Below, in pieces: positions 27,379-40,375 of a DNA stretch of 61,109 bases. The stretch is taken from contig JAUCBJ010003337.1 of assembly GCA_032718475.1 (NCBI GenBank), forward strand, positions 1 through 61,109. The letters run 5' to 3'. Position 1 is the stretch's first letter. The number at the start of each line of letters is the position of its first letter. Position numbers and translations under genes: made by a program. The notes under the pieces are model-generated. The model was not told the origin of the DNA and did no database searches. It was given only the letters and a program-made list of their open reading frames with translations. This DNA is from Nemertoderma westbladi. Taxonomy: Eukaryota > Animalia > Xenacoelomorpha.

Positions 27379-29289
27379 GTTTGTTTGTACAGTTGAATGC
27401 CTACTGCTATAATTACAGTTAAAGCAAGTCTAGTAATTCAGTATCACTGTTAGCCTAGTAATTAATTACCGATATCATTACTCTATGTAACGTGATATAT
27501 ATACAATATATTAGAATACCGGTATACACTTATAGTATATATAAGGATTATTACGGATTGAATATTAGGGTTCGTCACAGAATACCGGTATATAATTTCA
27601 GCACAAATATATATAAATATATAATAAGCCTATCGTGAATACCGGTATACAACTTACACTTATAGTATATAAGTATAATTATAGACTAGAATTAATTACA
27701 GAATACCGGTATATAATTTCAGCATAAATTTATAGAAATAAATATAATAAGCCTATCGTAAATACCGGTACGTCAATTATTTTAGAATAATTGAATTCCT
27801 GAATTTTAGGGTTACTTAGTTACTTTACTTTACTTTATTACCGTTATTTAAGCAGTAGTCCAACTGATATTAAGACCTAATTGTTGTATAACAGGCCTAC
27901 TATTTTATAAATAGGTTTGAGTTGATTTATAATATATATATACCCGTTTAATGGGTTTTGTTACAATATTTGAAATAAATGTTATTATTTCTGGGAAAGA
28001 GTCACTACACAGAAGCTGTACGCTCTCAGTGAAGTGCTACTTGTTGGACACTAAAACAAATAATTCTAATTGCCTAAGTTACTTATTACTACAAATTACG
28101 TACAATTACGGGGTGAGATTACAATCTCTAAATAAACACAAAAATTACACGTACGAATTTTTAGGGTTAATTTTACAAGAAATCTACAAACCAGCCTAAC
28201 AAGTGGTTAAAATATCTGGTTATTACAACGGACAGGATACTACGGTATTTGAAAATAATAAAGCAGTAGTAAATATATTGCATTGTCTAGATAAGAAAAT
28301 ACCACCGTCTGATGACTTATTGCCATAGCGCTATAAGTATTACGTTATGTACCCGGAGTGTTCCTACCTAGAAGTTAATTACCGCAGCCTACTATAGCTA
28401 ACGTGCCTATTAACCACTTTACAACACAAATATACTGCCTACACACTAATTACCTTCGGAAAGCACTGTACACTAAACCCTAAATTAGGTACAAGTACTT
28501 ATACAACAAATAACCAGCAGTTAAAAATACTTGTACAGCTAAAAGAACCACGGTATCTGCCGGAGTGACCAGAGTATAAAATCACCAGTCTTTACCTATG
28601 CCAAACAGCCCTGATGTAGTACCGGGGTTAATTTAACTATAACGGTATGTATAACAAGCACAATTACTGTAGGAATAAACTTGGGGGTGTGAATGTTGCG
28701 AATAATCGCATAAACTCTGAATAATAAATATCACGCTACCCGTACAGACTACACAAACAAAATACAGACCAAACGCTGGCAGACTACTATCAAGCCTAAA
28801 TAAACTACAGTATATGCAGACTCCGAAATGGTTAGTTAGTATGCGTTCTAACCGAGTAGTACGACTTATTCTTTCGGGGGGGATTTACCTTACAGCACTG
28901 GATGCCCCCACGTTCCTAACTAGTACTTTATCGGACATACACTCTACACACACTGCAATCTCTTCGGACCTGACAACAGCCAGACAACAATCCAGCCTAC
29001 AAATTATTTGTACAATTTGAGCGGGCTTACACGCCTTCTGCTCAATATTAACTTACAAATAAATAAAACTGACAGAAATAAATAAGCTCCAAAAGAAACA
29101 AGGGGTGTACAGTCCCTAATCTCTTAAACAGCCTACCAATATACAATATCATAATCGAAATAATACTAGTACCTGTACTGCTGTAAGTACCGGTTCGGGT
29201 GGTTAGGCAGTTAGGCCTACTGGTTACCGGTCGACCGGTACTTTTGCCTTTATTGCCTACGTTGCAATAAAGAAAGCAATAACTGTTAT

Positions 29290-30485
29290 TGTTCGCGCTT
29301 TTAGACCTTTAGCAGTTTAACCTGCAAAAATTTAGGTGTCTTCTAGGTTATAAATCGACTTTAGCCTATAACAAGTATTTGATACACATAAAGTTACATT
29401 AGCCGAAGCCAGCCTATGCGCGACCATTCACCCACGGTTAAGGGAGACTGGATTCGGATGCTCTGACCTTATTGCGGTGTAGGCCTACTGTATTATTCGA
29501 TTGCTCGTTACTATAATATCTCTGACAAATATTATTCACTTTCGGGAAATATTAACAGTTCCTTTAGGACGTGGCGCTCTAAGTATGTAAACAGAGTTAT
29601 GACTTACACTAAACGCAACGGGATGGCTATTGATTTTAGTATAAGGCGCATTCTTTAGGAAATGCTTTGTTATCTATCACATTTATGCACACTACCGCAC
29701 ACTGCTGCACACTGATCTGCCAACCTTCACTAATTTTAATCATATATAAGGAGAACAGCAACTGACACATGTAGGGTCTATGAAATAGCATTCAATTCAC
29801 TCCAAAACCACTATAATGTAAGTCGCAATTGCTACAGGTAACCGGTCTCTCTAACCTTCAGTATATCAAGAAGATTGGGGTTTTATGATTATTTATCGAT
29901 ATTCTCCAAATATAACAACATATCCATCAACTGATAACCATTAATAACCGACAGTAAATAGCAGTAAAATAATGCGGTGAAAGGTACAGAATAATATGAT
30001 ATGAGTACCAGTTTGTATGAGATATGACAGGCTGATAACAGTTATACGTTTCTATAATCAAAGCCGTTCTAATGTTTGGCTAAAGTCTGAAACACAGAAT
30101 AATTCCAAAGCCGATGTTCTGGGCTCAGGAAAAAAGGTAAACAAAGACCATCATGCATTGCGCGATCTTCCGTAGGCTTCTGTACAAGATAAAATGAAAA
30201 TCGCTCTGATTGGTCGAGTGAGCCGAACAAAGAAAGCCAAAAAGCTCCACATCGACATATCAGCTGATAGATGTCGTCATCTGAACTACACTGTATTAAG
30301 AGTATTTTGGCGTATTGCGGCATAAAATGGCTTGTTATGTCCGCTAATGTACACATACAGAAAAATGGCTTTTTATGTCCACTAAAACACCTACACAGTA
30401 AGAAAACGGCTTTTTATGTCCACTAAAACACCTACAGAGTACTTTGCGGGGAAAATGACTAGTTATATCCGCAAAAGCCTTTACA
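29290..30485 (-). repeat. 5' LTR (1196 bp)
   Basis: Same termini; contains an extra segment of about 50 bp near 29808-29857. Confidence 0.95.
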
Positions 30486-31258
30486 CTTACTTTTGATCTC
30501 TTCCTGTCATTTAAAACAGTGACTTTTCTAAATTTTATAACTCCCAAAAATAAAACTATAACCTGTTCTTTTGACTTTATTTTACTGTTTTGGTTAAAAT
30601 TACGTGCCACTGTAACCTGCTCCTTTCCCATAATTGATAATTTTGGAATCCGAATCCGCGTTTTACACCTACCCATGTATGTGTTGGTACCATAATGCTA
30701 AGTGTCACCTACCTAACCAATAACTAAACATAACATAACTAACTAACCATCTTTGAACCGGGAATTATTCTTGCACCCCTAGAGTACGTAGTACGTACTG
30801 TTAGAGAAAGGCATCTTATTTTAACTGCGACAGAGGGGGGGGGGGGGGGGGGTTAAAAAATATAAAGTATAGAAAATAGACGTAAAAGTTGACAAAACGT
30901 GACGAACGAAATAACGTTTATTAATAATTACATTTAATTCTTTAATATAAATAATTAGAGTTCACAAAACTGTTCAGTTGGAATTTTAAAGAAAATTAGT
31001 TCGGCAGCAAACAACATTTAAAAAGTAATATTAATAGGCTAATATGATTGTAAATATTTCTAATAGTAGTAATAAACTCTTAATCAGCTAAATTTCACTA
31101 CAATGCACCCATATACCTAGCAACAATATGATAGGGCACTTACTGTAAAAAATAAAAACTTCCATGAATTAAATAACCCGGACGCCAAACATTTTGAATA
31201 TAAAATATCGCTTCATCAATGTCCAACACTATTTTACACAAATGTTGTCTATTTCAAG

Positions 31259-31903
31259 TACAACATCTCCCACAACAACCATTTTTAGCATGTCGAAATC
31301 CCGGCCAAATTTTTCGATCATATGCTAAAAAATTTGGTATGATGATAGTTCGACAACTTTTCTTACTGCTGGCATTTCTTATTTTCTGAGCTATTTCGAT
31401 ACAACAAGCCGGTGAAAATCGTCTATTTGGCAATATTGAGCCACCTCAGTCGGCTTTATTTGTCGTCTTTGGAATGTAATTTAGATAGGATTGATTAGAC
31501 CCGCCTATCAGATTCCGAATCTGAAAACCGTTTTAAATTTCACCAAAAATTGCAAAAATCAAAATACTAAGTGTACATTTTGAGGCGTTTAAATCTCTGT
31601 CCGCGTAATTAATATTCTAGAATTGAGTAAAAAAACATTTAGAGCGATTTACGAGTCAAAATTTACACCTTGGCGGTTTTCAGATTCAGAATCTGCAGGT
31701 GAAGGCGGTTCTAATGTCTAGATTACATTAATTATTAAAGCCAACATAGATGGATAAATATTGCTAAATAGGCAATTTTAATGACTTGTATCTAAATAAT
31801 TTCGTATCATAAAAAAAAAAAATTTCGTAGCATAATATGATTAAATTTGAAATAAATGGGGGTGTATGGGCCTCCGACTAGCTATTAAGGGAGATGGTGT
31901 ATA
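31259..31903. mobile_element. Diverged foldback/MITE just downstream of the OTUD5 stop codon
   Basis: CAGATTCCGAATCTGAAAACCG (about 31508) versus CGGTTTTCAGATTCAGAATCTG (about 31674); CATCTCCC/GGGAGATG near the ends. Confidence 0.6.
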
Positions 31904-32079
31904 CCGGTAGGGTATTAAATTAACAGCAATCGAAGTTAAAACACCAATCCAAATAATTATTATTGTGTAAAACAATGAGAAACATTAACAAAAGGCATCC
32001 TGCTAATTATTTAGTTCTCAGCTCTCAGATAAAGTTTCAGAGTTAATGGCTATAAAGTACACACAGTTCAATGTGTCTG

Positions 32080-32261
32080 TTATTGCTTTCTGGAACTATT
32101 CTGAGAGTCACTCTGCTGCGATTGGCTGTCCTCGGAAGTTAGACTTGCATCTGATTGGCCAATCTGGTTTTGCTTCAGACAGTCTAAGTATTCCTGCTGT
32201 GATTGGGCCAGCACGCGAGCCAATAACTCATTGTCATCTGAAGTGTCCCACCCAGAGAATC
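32080..32261 (-). CDS. OTUD5: OTUD5 exon 8 (UIM and stop)
   Basis: WDTSDDNELLARVLAQSQQEYLD ubiquitin-interacting motif; TAA at 32082-32080; total CDS 1758 nt = 585 aa. Confidence 0.9.
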
Positions 32262-32385
32262 CTACAATAATAACCAATAACACGATTATAATATACAGAG
32301 AGTGGCCATTCCATCACCGCGAGCTACAATTATTTCGTATCTGGGTATTGGGCAACCTCAAATTTGGTCATGATTTATTGTACAC

Positions 32386-33311
32386 TAGTGTTGCAACGGG
32401 ATCCCGATGGAAAATCCCGATCCCGCCCGATGGAAAAATATCGGGATTTTTCGGGATTTGCTATATCTGAATTTGTATGCCCTGCAGCTTAAAATTTGTA
32501 AAATTGTATAAAAATGTACAATGTCTCCAAATAACAAATCAAAAGTTTGTCAAAAACAAATATAATGAATTATAGAGTAAAATAATAGGTAACGGTTTTG
32601 CTTTACTACCTACTTACAGTCATACAGAGATATTAAATGAATGTCTATATTATAAAATAAATAATAGAAACACTTGTTGTGTTAACTTAATGCTTTTTAT
32701 TGAATATTATGAACATTTTTATGTGGCAGCTGGTTTCACTGTGTCAAGTACAATGCACACATCTCCAACCAGACACTATATAACATTGGAGGTGTCTCAT
32801 TGGTTCCCCAAGCTTGACACTAGAACGAAGCCGCCTCCGCTTTGCAGGACATTGCTTTCGCCGTGAGGACCAGCCAGTGCATAATCTTGTACTTTGGCAG
32901 CCTAATGGAGTGTGAATAAGCATGGTGGACAGCCCATGACTTTCTTGAGACGCATCTTAAAGGACACTGGCCTTGAAGATGCGGATAATCTCGCGAAAGC
33001 CATGGTGGAGAGGGAGCGGTGAAAATTTGTTGATAAGCCGGCACAGCATTCTTAATGCATTTAATCCAATTGTGGATTGCTTGGTCGTGGGAATTTCTTT
33101 TGGCCAGCATAGCATCTCCATGTGCAGCTTCAATGCAGCAGGCTGATTATATTATTATAGTGATGTGACAGCGATTCAGTCAGACTGTAGTAGATATATT
33201 AAAAATGTAAAAATTATATTAAAAACTTAAGTGAAATGAAATACGTACAGTACGTGGGAAATAAACTACGTCTGTGAACCAATTGTGGATCCCGATCGCG
33301 TTGCAACTCTA
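32386..33311. mobile_element. hAT-type MITE containing an RTE fragment (about 32737-33142, + strand)
   Basis: TIR TAGTGTTGCAACG / CGTTGCAACTCTA; duplicated TGTACAC flanks; ATCCCG subterminal motifs. Confidence 0.75.
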
Positions 33312-33322
33312 TGTACACTCAC

Positions 33323-33475
33323 CCAATAGAGATGCTGGGATATGATGTATAGCGCTGGTATCCATGGTAACGGCAGGTCGGTCGTGGTTTGGTTGTAGGA
33401 TAGGGGCGGCCCAGGAGGTGCTCGGAGGTGGGGTGGCCGCACTGGGGGGTGAGGTGGTGCCTGGGGTAGATCGCC
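33323..33475 (-). CDS. OTUD5: OTUD5 exon 7
   Basis: Pro/Ser/Thr-rich RSTPGTTSPPS...HIPASLL; CCCCTACAG acceptor, G|GTGAGT donor; phase 1 to phase 1; 153 nt. Confidence 0.75.
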
Positions 33476-33777
33476 CTGTAGGGGTAAGATATATACGGCG
33501 GGATAATTGGGGTTTTATGGTTAATCAGTATCTACATTTTGGGTACAGAAACCTGACAATATGGAGTTATCGAAGGGTTGTGGTGCGATTAAAGTAAATC
33601 ATTAGGTTGCCATAGGTGGTGGGGTTTATAAAGAACATGACATATAAATAAATAATATAACGTTAATATATAAAGAACAAGGGATGTAAAAAAATTAATT
33701 TTAGACGTCGGTTTTATCGTTCTATTTCTGACTGAAATACAGTATATGTGGTAGAGAAGGGAGTCGGTGTTACTAAC

Positions 33778-33964
33778 CCGTAGCTATGTGTGGCAGCTCT
33801 GCATCGAGTTCCAGACCGCCACTGGCTCCTTTGGGACTGCTGGGAACTGACCGACGTGGTGACCGGCCCATCTTCAAGGAACCCGGCACGCCGCCTTGTG
33901 GGTCGAACAGCTTATCGGAGACACGGTGGTGTAGTTTACTGGAATGACCCCCGCCTTTGTTATG
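33778..33964 (-). CDS. OTUD5: OTUD5 exon 6
   Basis: HNKGGG...RSPRRSVPSSP...ELDAEL; TTATTCAG acceptor, G|GTTAGT donor; phase-compatible; 187 nt. Confidence 0.75.
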
Positions 33965-34503
33965 CTGAATAAAAGTAAATAAAGTTCCCCTGACAGAAAA
34001 GGTAAACACCCCCACTCGACAACATTAATAAATTTAGAAAACCAATGTTCTGAAGCAATATATTGTATAGCACAGGGCACTCGGAGAGACAAGTCATTAA
34101 TTACAGATGCAACAAATAAACACACTTTCAATGGAATTTCGCCACTGTACTGTTTGTGTAGACGTACTTACACACACGTGTTGTACACGAAAGGAATTAA
34201 TAATTAATGTATTGTAAAGTCACACGATTTACAAAAAGCCTATAATAGGCAAGATTTTGTAAACTAGTAAATAACACCTTTGATCTATGGGTTGGCGAAG
34301 TTAATCAAATCACTGGCAAAGATAAATCCAGAATGAGATATTAATAAAATTAACATACGGTATTATTATTTAAGAACATTGCGGGAACCTTGTTAAATCT
34401 ACATGGCTATAATCCCAAAAGTTAAATAAACGATATGTCTCTTCAACAGATCTCGGTTATTAAAAGTAGTACCCAATGAGAAACACTCCCCCTGGCAACC
34501 CAC

Positions 34504-34671
34504 CTGGTCGGTGACCCACTGAATGTAACTTTCCCTAGCAACCTGGTCAGCCAACTCTTCACTGGTGGCCTCCCAGTCTGTCATGCGCAGTTTATCTTCG
34601 AGCATGGCGCCCTCTAGCGGATCCATTTCAGACCGAGCGAGAGCCTCACTAATCAGTCTTTTATCTGCAGA
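34504..34671 (-). CDS. OTUD5: OTUD5 exon 5
   Basis: SADKRLISEA...MLEDKLRMTDWEATSEELADQVARESYIQW; AAG acceptor, CAG|GTGGGT donor; 168 nt. Confidence 0.9.
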
Positions 34672-35289
34672 CTTTTAAGAAAAACAATTTAAAATATAAA
34701 CAAATTGCGAATAATTGTGAACAAAAATCATTTATTTAGGCTAATATTTTGTATTTCCTAAACTACAGAGTATGTATTAGGCAAACTCTATATTAGATAA
34801 CTATACTAAACTCTGTATTAGACAAACCGTAGCCTGGTCAGGACCAGGAAGGATATCCAACATATGGCCCGACTGCTACTCTGGCCCAGGATAGCCCGGG
34901 ACCGGGCAGCAGGGTGAGGCAATATGAATCACCTAAACCTAGTTCTGGTAGGGGCAGTGAAGTTTGTGAATGTATATCAACCGATTTTAGATCTGGCGAG
35001 GATCACAAAATAAATCCTACACATGGCCCGACTGCTATACCAGCAAAACCCGACCTTGGAACAACCCAAAGTCCAACTGATTATGTGCCTGGCCTGACTT
35101 CAAGCTCCACCCAAATAACTGTAGTAAAATGGACAGGAATAGTGGGGAGGGGAAGCCTGCGAAACCCACTCTATAATCGTTGAATGATCCAGAGAAGTTT
35201 ATCCTGATTGCAGTCAGCCGATTTCAAAAAGGAACTGGAGAGATAAAAGATCATTATGTAACCTAAGTAACAGTGGTACACAGTACACA

Positions 35290-35757
35290 CCTGGTTATAC
35301 CCACGAGGGGAATAATTCTTTTCGACCCCAAAGCTGGGTAAGTGACGGGATAGTGGATGGGTACTTGGGATTACTAGAACGTCATTTACCTCATGTAGTA
35401 GCTATCCCTAGTCAATTAACCTATAAGTTAAGGCAACCAGAACCTGATCCGGTGAGTGGTATGATGTATGTTGCATGCCAAGAGGTACCTTGGTCATCAC
35501 CTAATAGCGTCCCAGAATGTGCACCCAATCACTTTATTCTACATGTAGCAGATATTCCCTCAAAAACTATTTATCTGCTAGATCCCCTACAAAAGGAACC
35601 AAAAATTCCATCAAAAATTTCATTTGCGATAGCTGACCTGCTAACACTTATCTATGAACACAACCCATCCGGCAATGGCAAGAATAAGAAAAAACATTGG
35701 ACTGCCACAGTAAGCGAGAATTGTCTACGGCCTGGACAAAAATCCACCAATCTTTAG
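35290..35757 (+). pseudogene. Ulp1/C48-peptidase-like fragment, probably transposon-borne
   Basis: PQSWVSDGIVDGYLGLL ... NHFILHVADIPSKTIYLLDPL ... GQKSTNL-stop; resembles WLND.II..YL / H..L / D motifs; catalytic Cys missing. Confidence 0.6.
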
Positions 35758-36740
35758 AGATAGTACTGAAATGCATGAATGGATACAGGCCGGTCCCTCG
35801 AAAACTGCAAAATTAACACAAGAACCGAGCATACGTTGCACCACAGAATACCAGGTAATACGCCTTCAGTGGAAGATAATAAAACTCTCACATCGGAAAA
35901 AACTACCAGCGCGGGTGCCTTCCCCAATTACTGCTCTCTGGATCCTAAGTTCCTCGAGGCTCAACAATTCCCAAATATGAAGGAGTTGGTGGGTGTTATG
36001 AGCATTGCAGCAAGGAGTATCCCATCCCAAGTCTATCATCCTTGTTGTTAAAAAGATACAGTAAATCTTCTTTGAAATCTATTGTGCAAATTGCTGACAT
36101 TTATATATATATGGATGTAAATGCAAAATTTATATTTGAGTGCTCCAGCAAAATCAAATGTGTCGTTATCATTGTCCATCCTCGTGCCGCTGATTCCCAA
36201 TATTTTCAGATATGGAGTTTTATTTTATCTCTTAGTTTAATTATTAATAATTTTTAATTATCTGCAGATGTACATAATATTATTAGTTGTACTATGTGTC
36301 CTATTAGGGCAAGATTTGGTGTTTTAATCTATATATATTTGTATTGTTATTATATTGCTTGAATTTTACTAATGAACATTATACACCAGCTCGACTGGTA
36401 CTGGGCCTCATCGGCGAGAACTAAAAAAAAATAACTAAACATCATACACAAGTCTCTCGGACAAAATCGAAAGTCGTTATAAAGTCGAAAGGGTTATAAA
36501 GAACGCAATTTGAAAAGGTTTACACTTTCTGACATTTCGCCTTCTAGCGGCAGACTGACGAACTACACACGGATCAGCTTTCTCAGGAAGGTGCAGCGCA
36601 GACTAAGGTCTAGTATATACGTGAAGTGCCAATGTATATATTATTTAGCTTTACAAATCATTTGTTTGTTCCAACTTTTAGTGGAAATGGTATTAGAGGA
36701 AGAACACTACCCACTAATACTACCGGGTAGTTCCCAGTAG

Positions 36741-37110
36741 TATTAAAGGCCAGTGCCCTTTAGGAAGCGTCTCAAGAAAGTCATGGGATGTCCACCATGC
36801 TTATTCACTCCATGAGGCTGCCAAAGTACAAGATTATGCACTGGCTGGTCCTCACGGCGAAAGCAATGTCTTGCAAAGCGGAGGCGGCTCCGTTTAAGTG
36901 TCAAGCTTGGGAGAGACTACTAAAACACCTCCAATGTTGTATAGAGTCTGATTGGTGATATGTGCATTGTACTTGACATGTGAACCCGGTGTAGCATTCT
37001 TGTGAATGTGCCATCCAGAGATTTGATGTCCTCAGCAGTTAGAGCACAGCATGGAGGAGTACTGGAACTACTGCTGCTCTAAATAATCGGACCTTGAGAT
37101 TCCGTTTAAT
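36741..37110 (-). mobile_element. RTE LINE 3' fragment
   Basis: Reverse complement of the 46200-46560 region. Confidence 0.85.
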
Positions 37111-37495
37111 TACCGGTATACGGAACATCCAAGTTCATACCAAAGCCAATTAAATATGACTAAACTGCGATGAAATTACTTTGTTTCCTTAGTGATTCTA
37201 GTTTTAATCTATTTCCCGCCCACAGTGAACCTACAAGTACGTCATCAACGTTCAATTCCATCCCTCCCTAACGACAACCCAAATATGTTAGTTTCCGGTG
37301 AGCGGTACACTTATAGGGGCTGTGATCCCCTATAAAGCTTCGTAAAATGTAAGAATTACTCCACAAAGAAATAATTAATACAATTAATTTGCAGCGAGTA
37401 AAATCTACTGATGAAACAAATGTTTTTGTCAAGCGAAAAAAACGCGGAAAATTCCATCGATTACACTCGAGCTCATTCATCATAGCTTATTTTAA

Positions 37496-39248
37496 TGATT
37501 TTTGTGCCACTGGCGGTACATGCTTGCTATTTATGTGCCACTGGCGGTACATGCTTGCTATTTTTGTGCCACTGGCGGTACATGCTTTCTATTTTTGTGC
37601 CACTGGCGGTACATGCTTGCTATTTTTGTGCCACTGGCGGTACATGCTTGCTGTTTTTGTGCCACTGGCGGTACCTGCTTGCTATTTTTGTGCCACTGGC
37701 GGTGCATGCTTGCTATTTTTGCGCCACTGGCGGTACATGCTTGCTATTTTTGGGCCACTGGCGGTACATGCTTGTTATATTTGTGCCACTGGCGGTACAT
37801 GCTTTTTATTTTTGTGCCACTGGCGGTACATGCTTGCTATTTTTGTGCCACTGGCGGTACATGCTTGCTATTTTTGTGCCACTGGCGGTACATGCTTTTT
37901 ATTTTTGTGCCACTGGCGGTACATGCTTGCTATTTTTGCGCCACTGGCGGTACATGCTTGCTATTTTTGTGCCACTGGCGGTACATGCTTGCTATTTTTG
38001 TGCCACTGGCGGTACATGCTTTTTATTTTTGTGCCACTGGCGGTACATGCTTGCTATTTTTGTGACACTGGCGGTACATGCTTGCTATTTTTGTGCCACT
38101 GGCGGTTCATGCTTGCTGTTTTTGTGCCACTGGCGGTACATGCTTTTTATTTTTGTGCCACTGGCGGTACATGCTTGCTATTTTTGTGTCACTGGCGGTT
38201 CATGCTTGCTGTTTTTGTGCCACTGGCGGTACATGCTTGCTATTTTTGTGACACTGGCGGTACATGCTTTTTATTTTTGTGCCACTGGCGGTACATGCTT
38301 GCTATTTTTGTGTCACTGGCGGTTCATGCTTGCTGTTTTTGTGCCACTGGCGGTACATGCTTGCTATTTTTGTGACACTGGCAGTACATGCTTGCTATTT
38401 TTGTGCCACTGGCGGTACATGCTTGCTATTTTTGTGCCACTGGCGGTACATGCTTGCTATTTTTGTGCCACTGGCGGTACATGCTTTTTATTTTTGTGCC
38501 ACTGGCGGTTCATGCTTGCTATTTTTGTGCCACTGGCGGTACATGCTTGCTATTTTTGGGCCACTGGCGGTACATGCTTGCTATTTTTGTGCCACTGGCG
38601 GTACATGCTTTTTATTTTTGTGCCACTGGCGGTACATGCTTGCTATTTTTGTGACACTGGCAGTACATGCTTGCTATTTTTGTGCCACTGGCGGTTCATG
38701 CTTGCTGTTTTTGTGCCACTGGCGGTACATGCTTGCTATTTTTGCGCCACTGGCGGTACATGCTTGCTATTTTTGTGCCACTGGCGGTACATGCTTTCTA
38801 TGTTTGTGCCACTGGCGGTACATGCTTGCTATTTTTGTGCCACTGGCGGTACATGCTTGCTATTTTTGCGCCACTGGCGGTACATGCTTGCTATTTTTGT
38901 GCCACTGGCGGGACATGCTTTCTATGTTTGTGCCACTGGCGGTACATGCTTGCTATTTTTGTGCCACTGGCGGTACATGCTTGCTATTTTTGTGCCACTG
39001 GCGGTACATGCTTTCTATGTTTGTGCCACTGGCGGTACATGCTTTCTATGTTTGTGCCACTGGCGGTACATGCTTGCTATTTTTGTGCCACTGGCGGTAC
39101 ATGCTTGCTATTTTTGTGCCACTGGCGGTACATGCTTGCTATTTTTGTGCCACTGGCGGTACATTCTTGCTATTTTTGTGACACTGGCGGTACATGCTTG
39201 CTATTTTTGTGTCACTGGCGGTTCATGCTTGCTGTTTTTGTGCCACTG
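37496..39248. repeat. 31-bp tandem repeat, about 56 copies
   Basis: Unit TTTTTGTGCCACTGGCGGTACATGCTTGCTA. Confidence 0.97.
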
Positions 39249-39704
39249 ACGTTACATATGCTTACTGCATAGAAAGCATAATGGAGAATTCGGACTCTCA
39301 AAATTCATTAATATCAACAATATTTTGGAGTAAATTGGGCGGATCCAAGAATTGGATGTCCTTATTTCTCACGCGTGTTTGTTTGTTGTACACACAACTT
39401 CACAACTTCTGGCATTTAATGTTGATGTAATTGGATGAAACTTTGATGATAGGTTCATTATAGGACCTAGTTGTGTATGCAATATTTTGGTTGCGAGGGA
39501 CCTGTTGGTTGTCTAGCAACAGTGAAATTAATTCTAAAATGACCGATCAATGTCAATCTCATTATAAAAAATGGCATTGCTATGGGTCGGAATTGACCCA
39601 CTTTATGATACCTCTTTTGCCTAGCTCGGTTCGAAATATAAAATTATAAACATTTTCATTTTATTTTAATCCTAGCTTTTTAGTACCTGCTGCGCTCCTG
39701 GTAC

Positions 39705-40375
39705 TAGTTTTTAAACGGGATCCCGATCCCGAAAAACCGGGATCCCGGCAAAAAATGCAATCCCGGTCCCGATCCCGATGCTGATTTTTTTTGACCGGGA
39801 TCCCGAAGTATATAACAGTTTAGTAAATTTCTTGAAGATCTGATAAATAGTTAGATAATTATAGTTAATTATAAGAATTATAGAATTATAATATTAGTTA
39901 ATAGGAAGGAACAGTTGGTTGAGCGCCGGGCCTGCAATCTATTGGTTGTAGGTTCAGCCCCGCCAGGTTCCACTCAGCCTTTCATCCACTGGGGTCGATA
40001 AAATGAGTACCAGTTAAATAACTGGGAGCAAATCTTGGGATAGGAGTAGCGCCCACCCCTACCCTCGGGTAGCAGCTATCGAAAGAGGACCCTTCGGGGC
40101 GCCTCCGGCTTCGGCCGACTGTTGCTTTTTTTTGATGTCAGTAAACCATCCAGAAATCAATTGCAAAATAATTTTAATTTAACTTTATCTTACTAATATT
40201 TTAGAAGTGTAAGATAAAGTGAGTGTTACCCAAAACCCGCCACATATACTATTTATTAACTTTGAGGAATTTAATCAAAAATTGCAACACCCGATCCCGA
40301 TCCCGAAAATCGGATCCCGAGAGAGATAATCCCGATCCCGGAAATACCGAAAAGTCTGATCCCGTTTAAACACTA
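39705..40375. mobile_element. hAT-type MITE with a nested SINE
   Basis: TIR TAGT(G/T)TTTAAACGGGATC; flanks CCTGGTAC/ACTGGTAC; same family as 53981-54363. Confidence 0.85.
39904..40133 (+). mobile_element. tRNA-derived SINE with a Nin/Deu-like core
   Basis: Degenerate A/B boxes, then ACTCAGCCTTTCATCC...GGTCGATAAAATGAGTACCAG, a GC-rich tail and a T run; absent from the sister MITE. Confidence 0.75.

Larger units (their letters stand above)
15037..30485 (-). mobile_element. Full-length but degenerate BEL/Pao LTR retrotransposon (15.4 kb)
   Basis: Two near-identical TG...CA LTRs; flanks CTTAG/CTTAC (5-bp TSD, one mismatch); PPT GGGAGCGG next to the 3' LTR; gag-PR-RT-RH-IN order. Confidence 0.95.

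Noticed and set aside
28309-28345. CTGATGA followed by a short stem (possible hammerhead)
   Set aside because: No GAAA after the stem and no stems I/III
37389-39430. Long Cys/Trp-rich ORFs (up to 584 aa)
   Set aside because: Artefact of a stop-poor 31-bp satellite; the same 31-aa cycle appears in all three + frames
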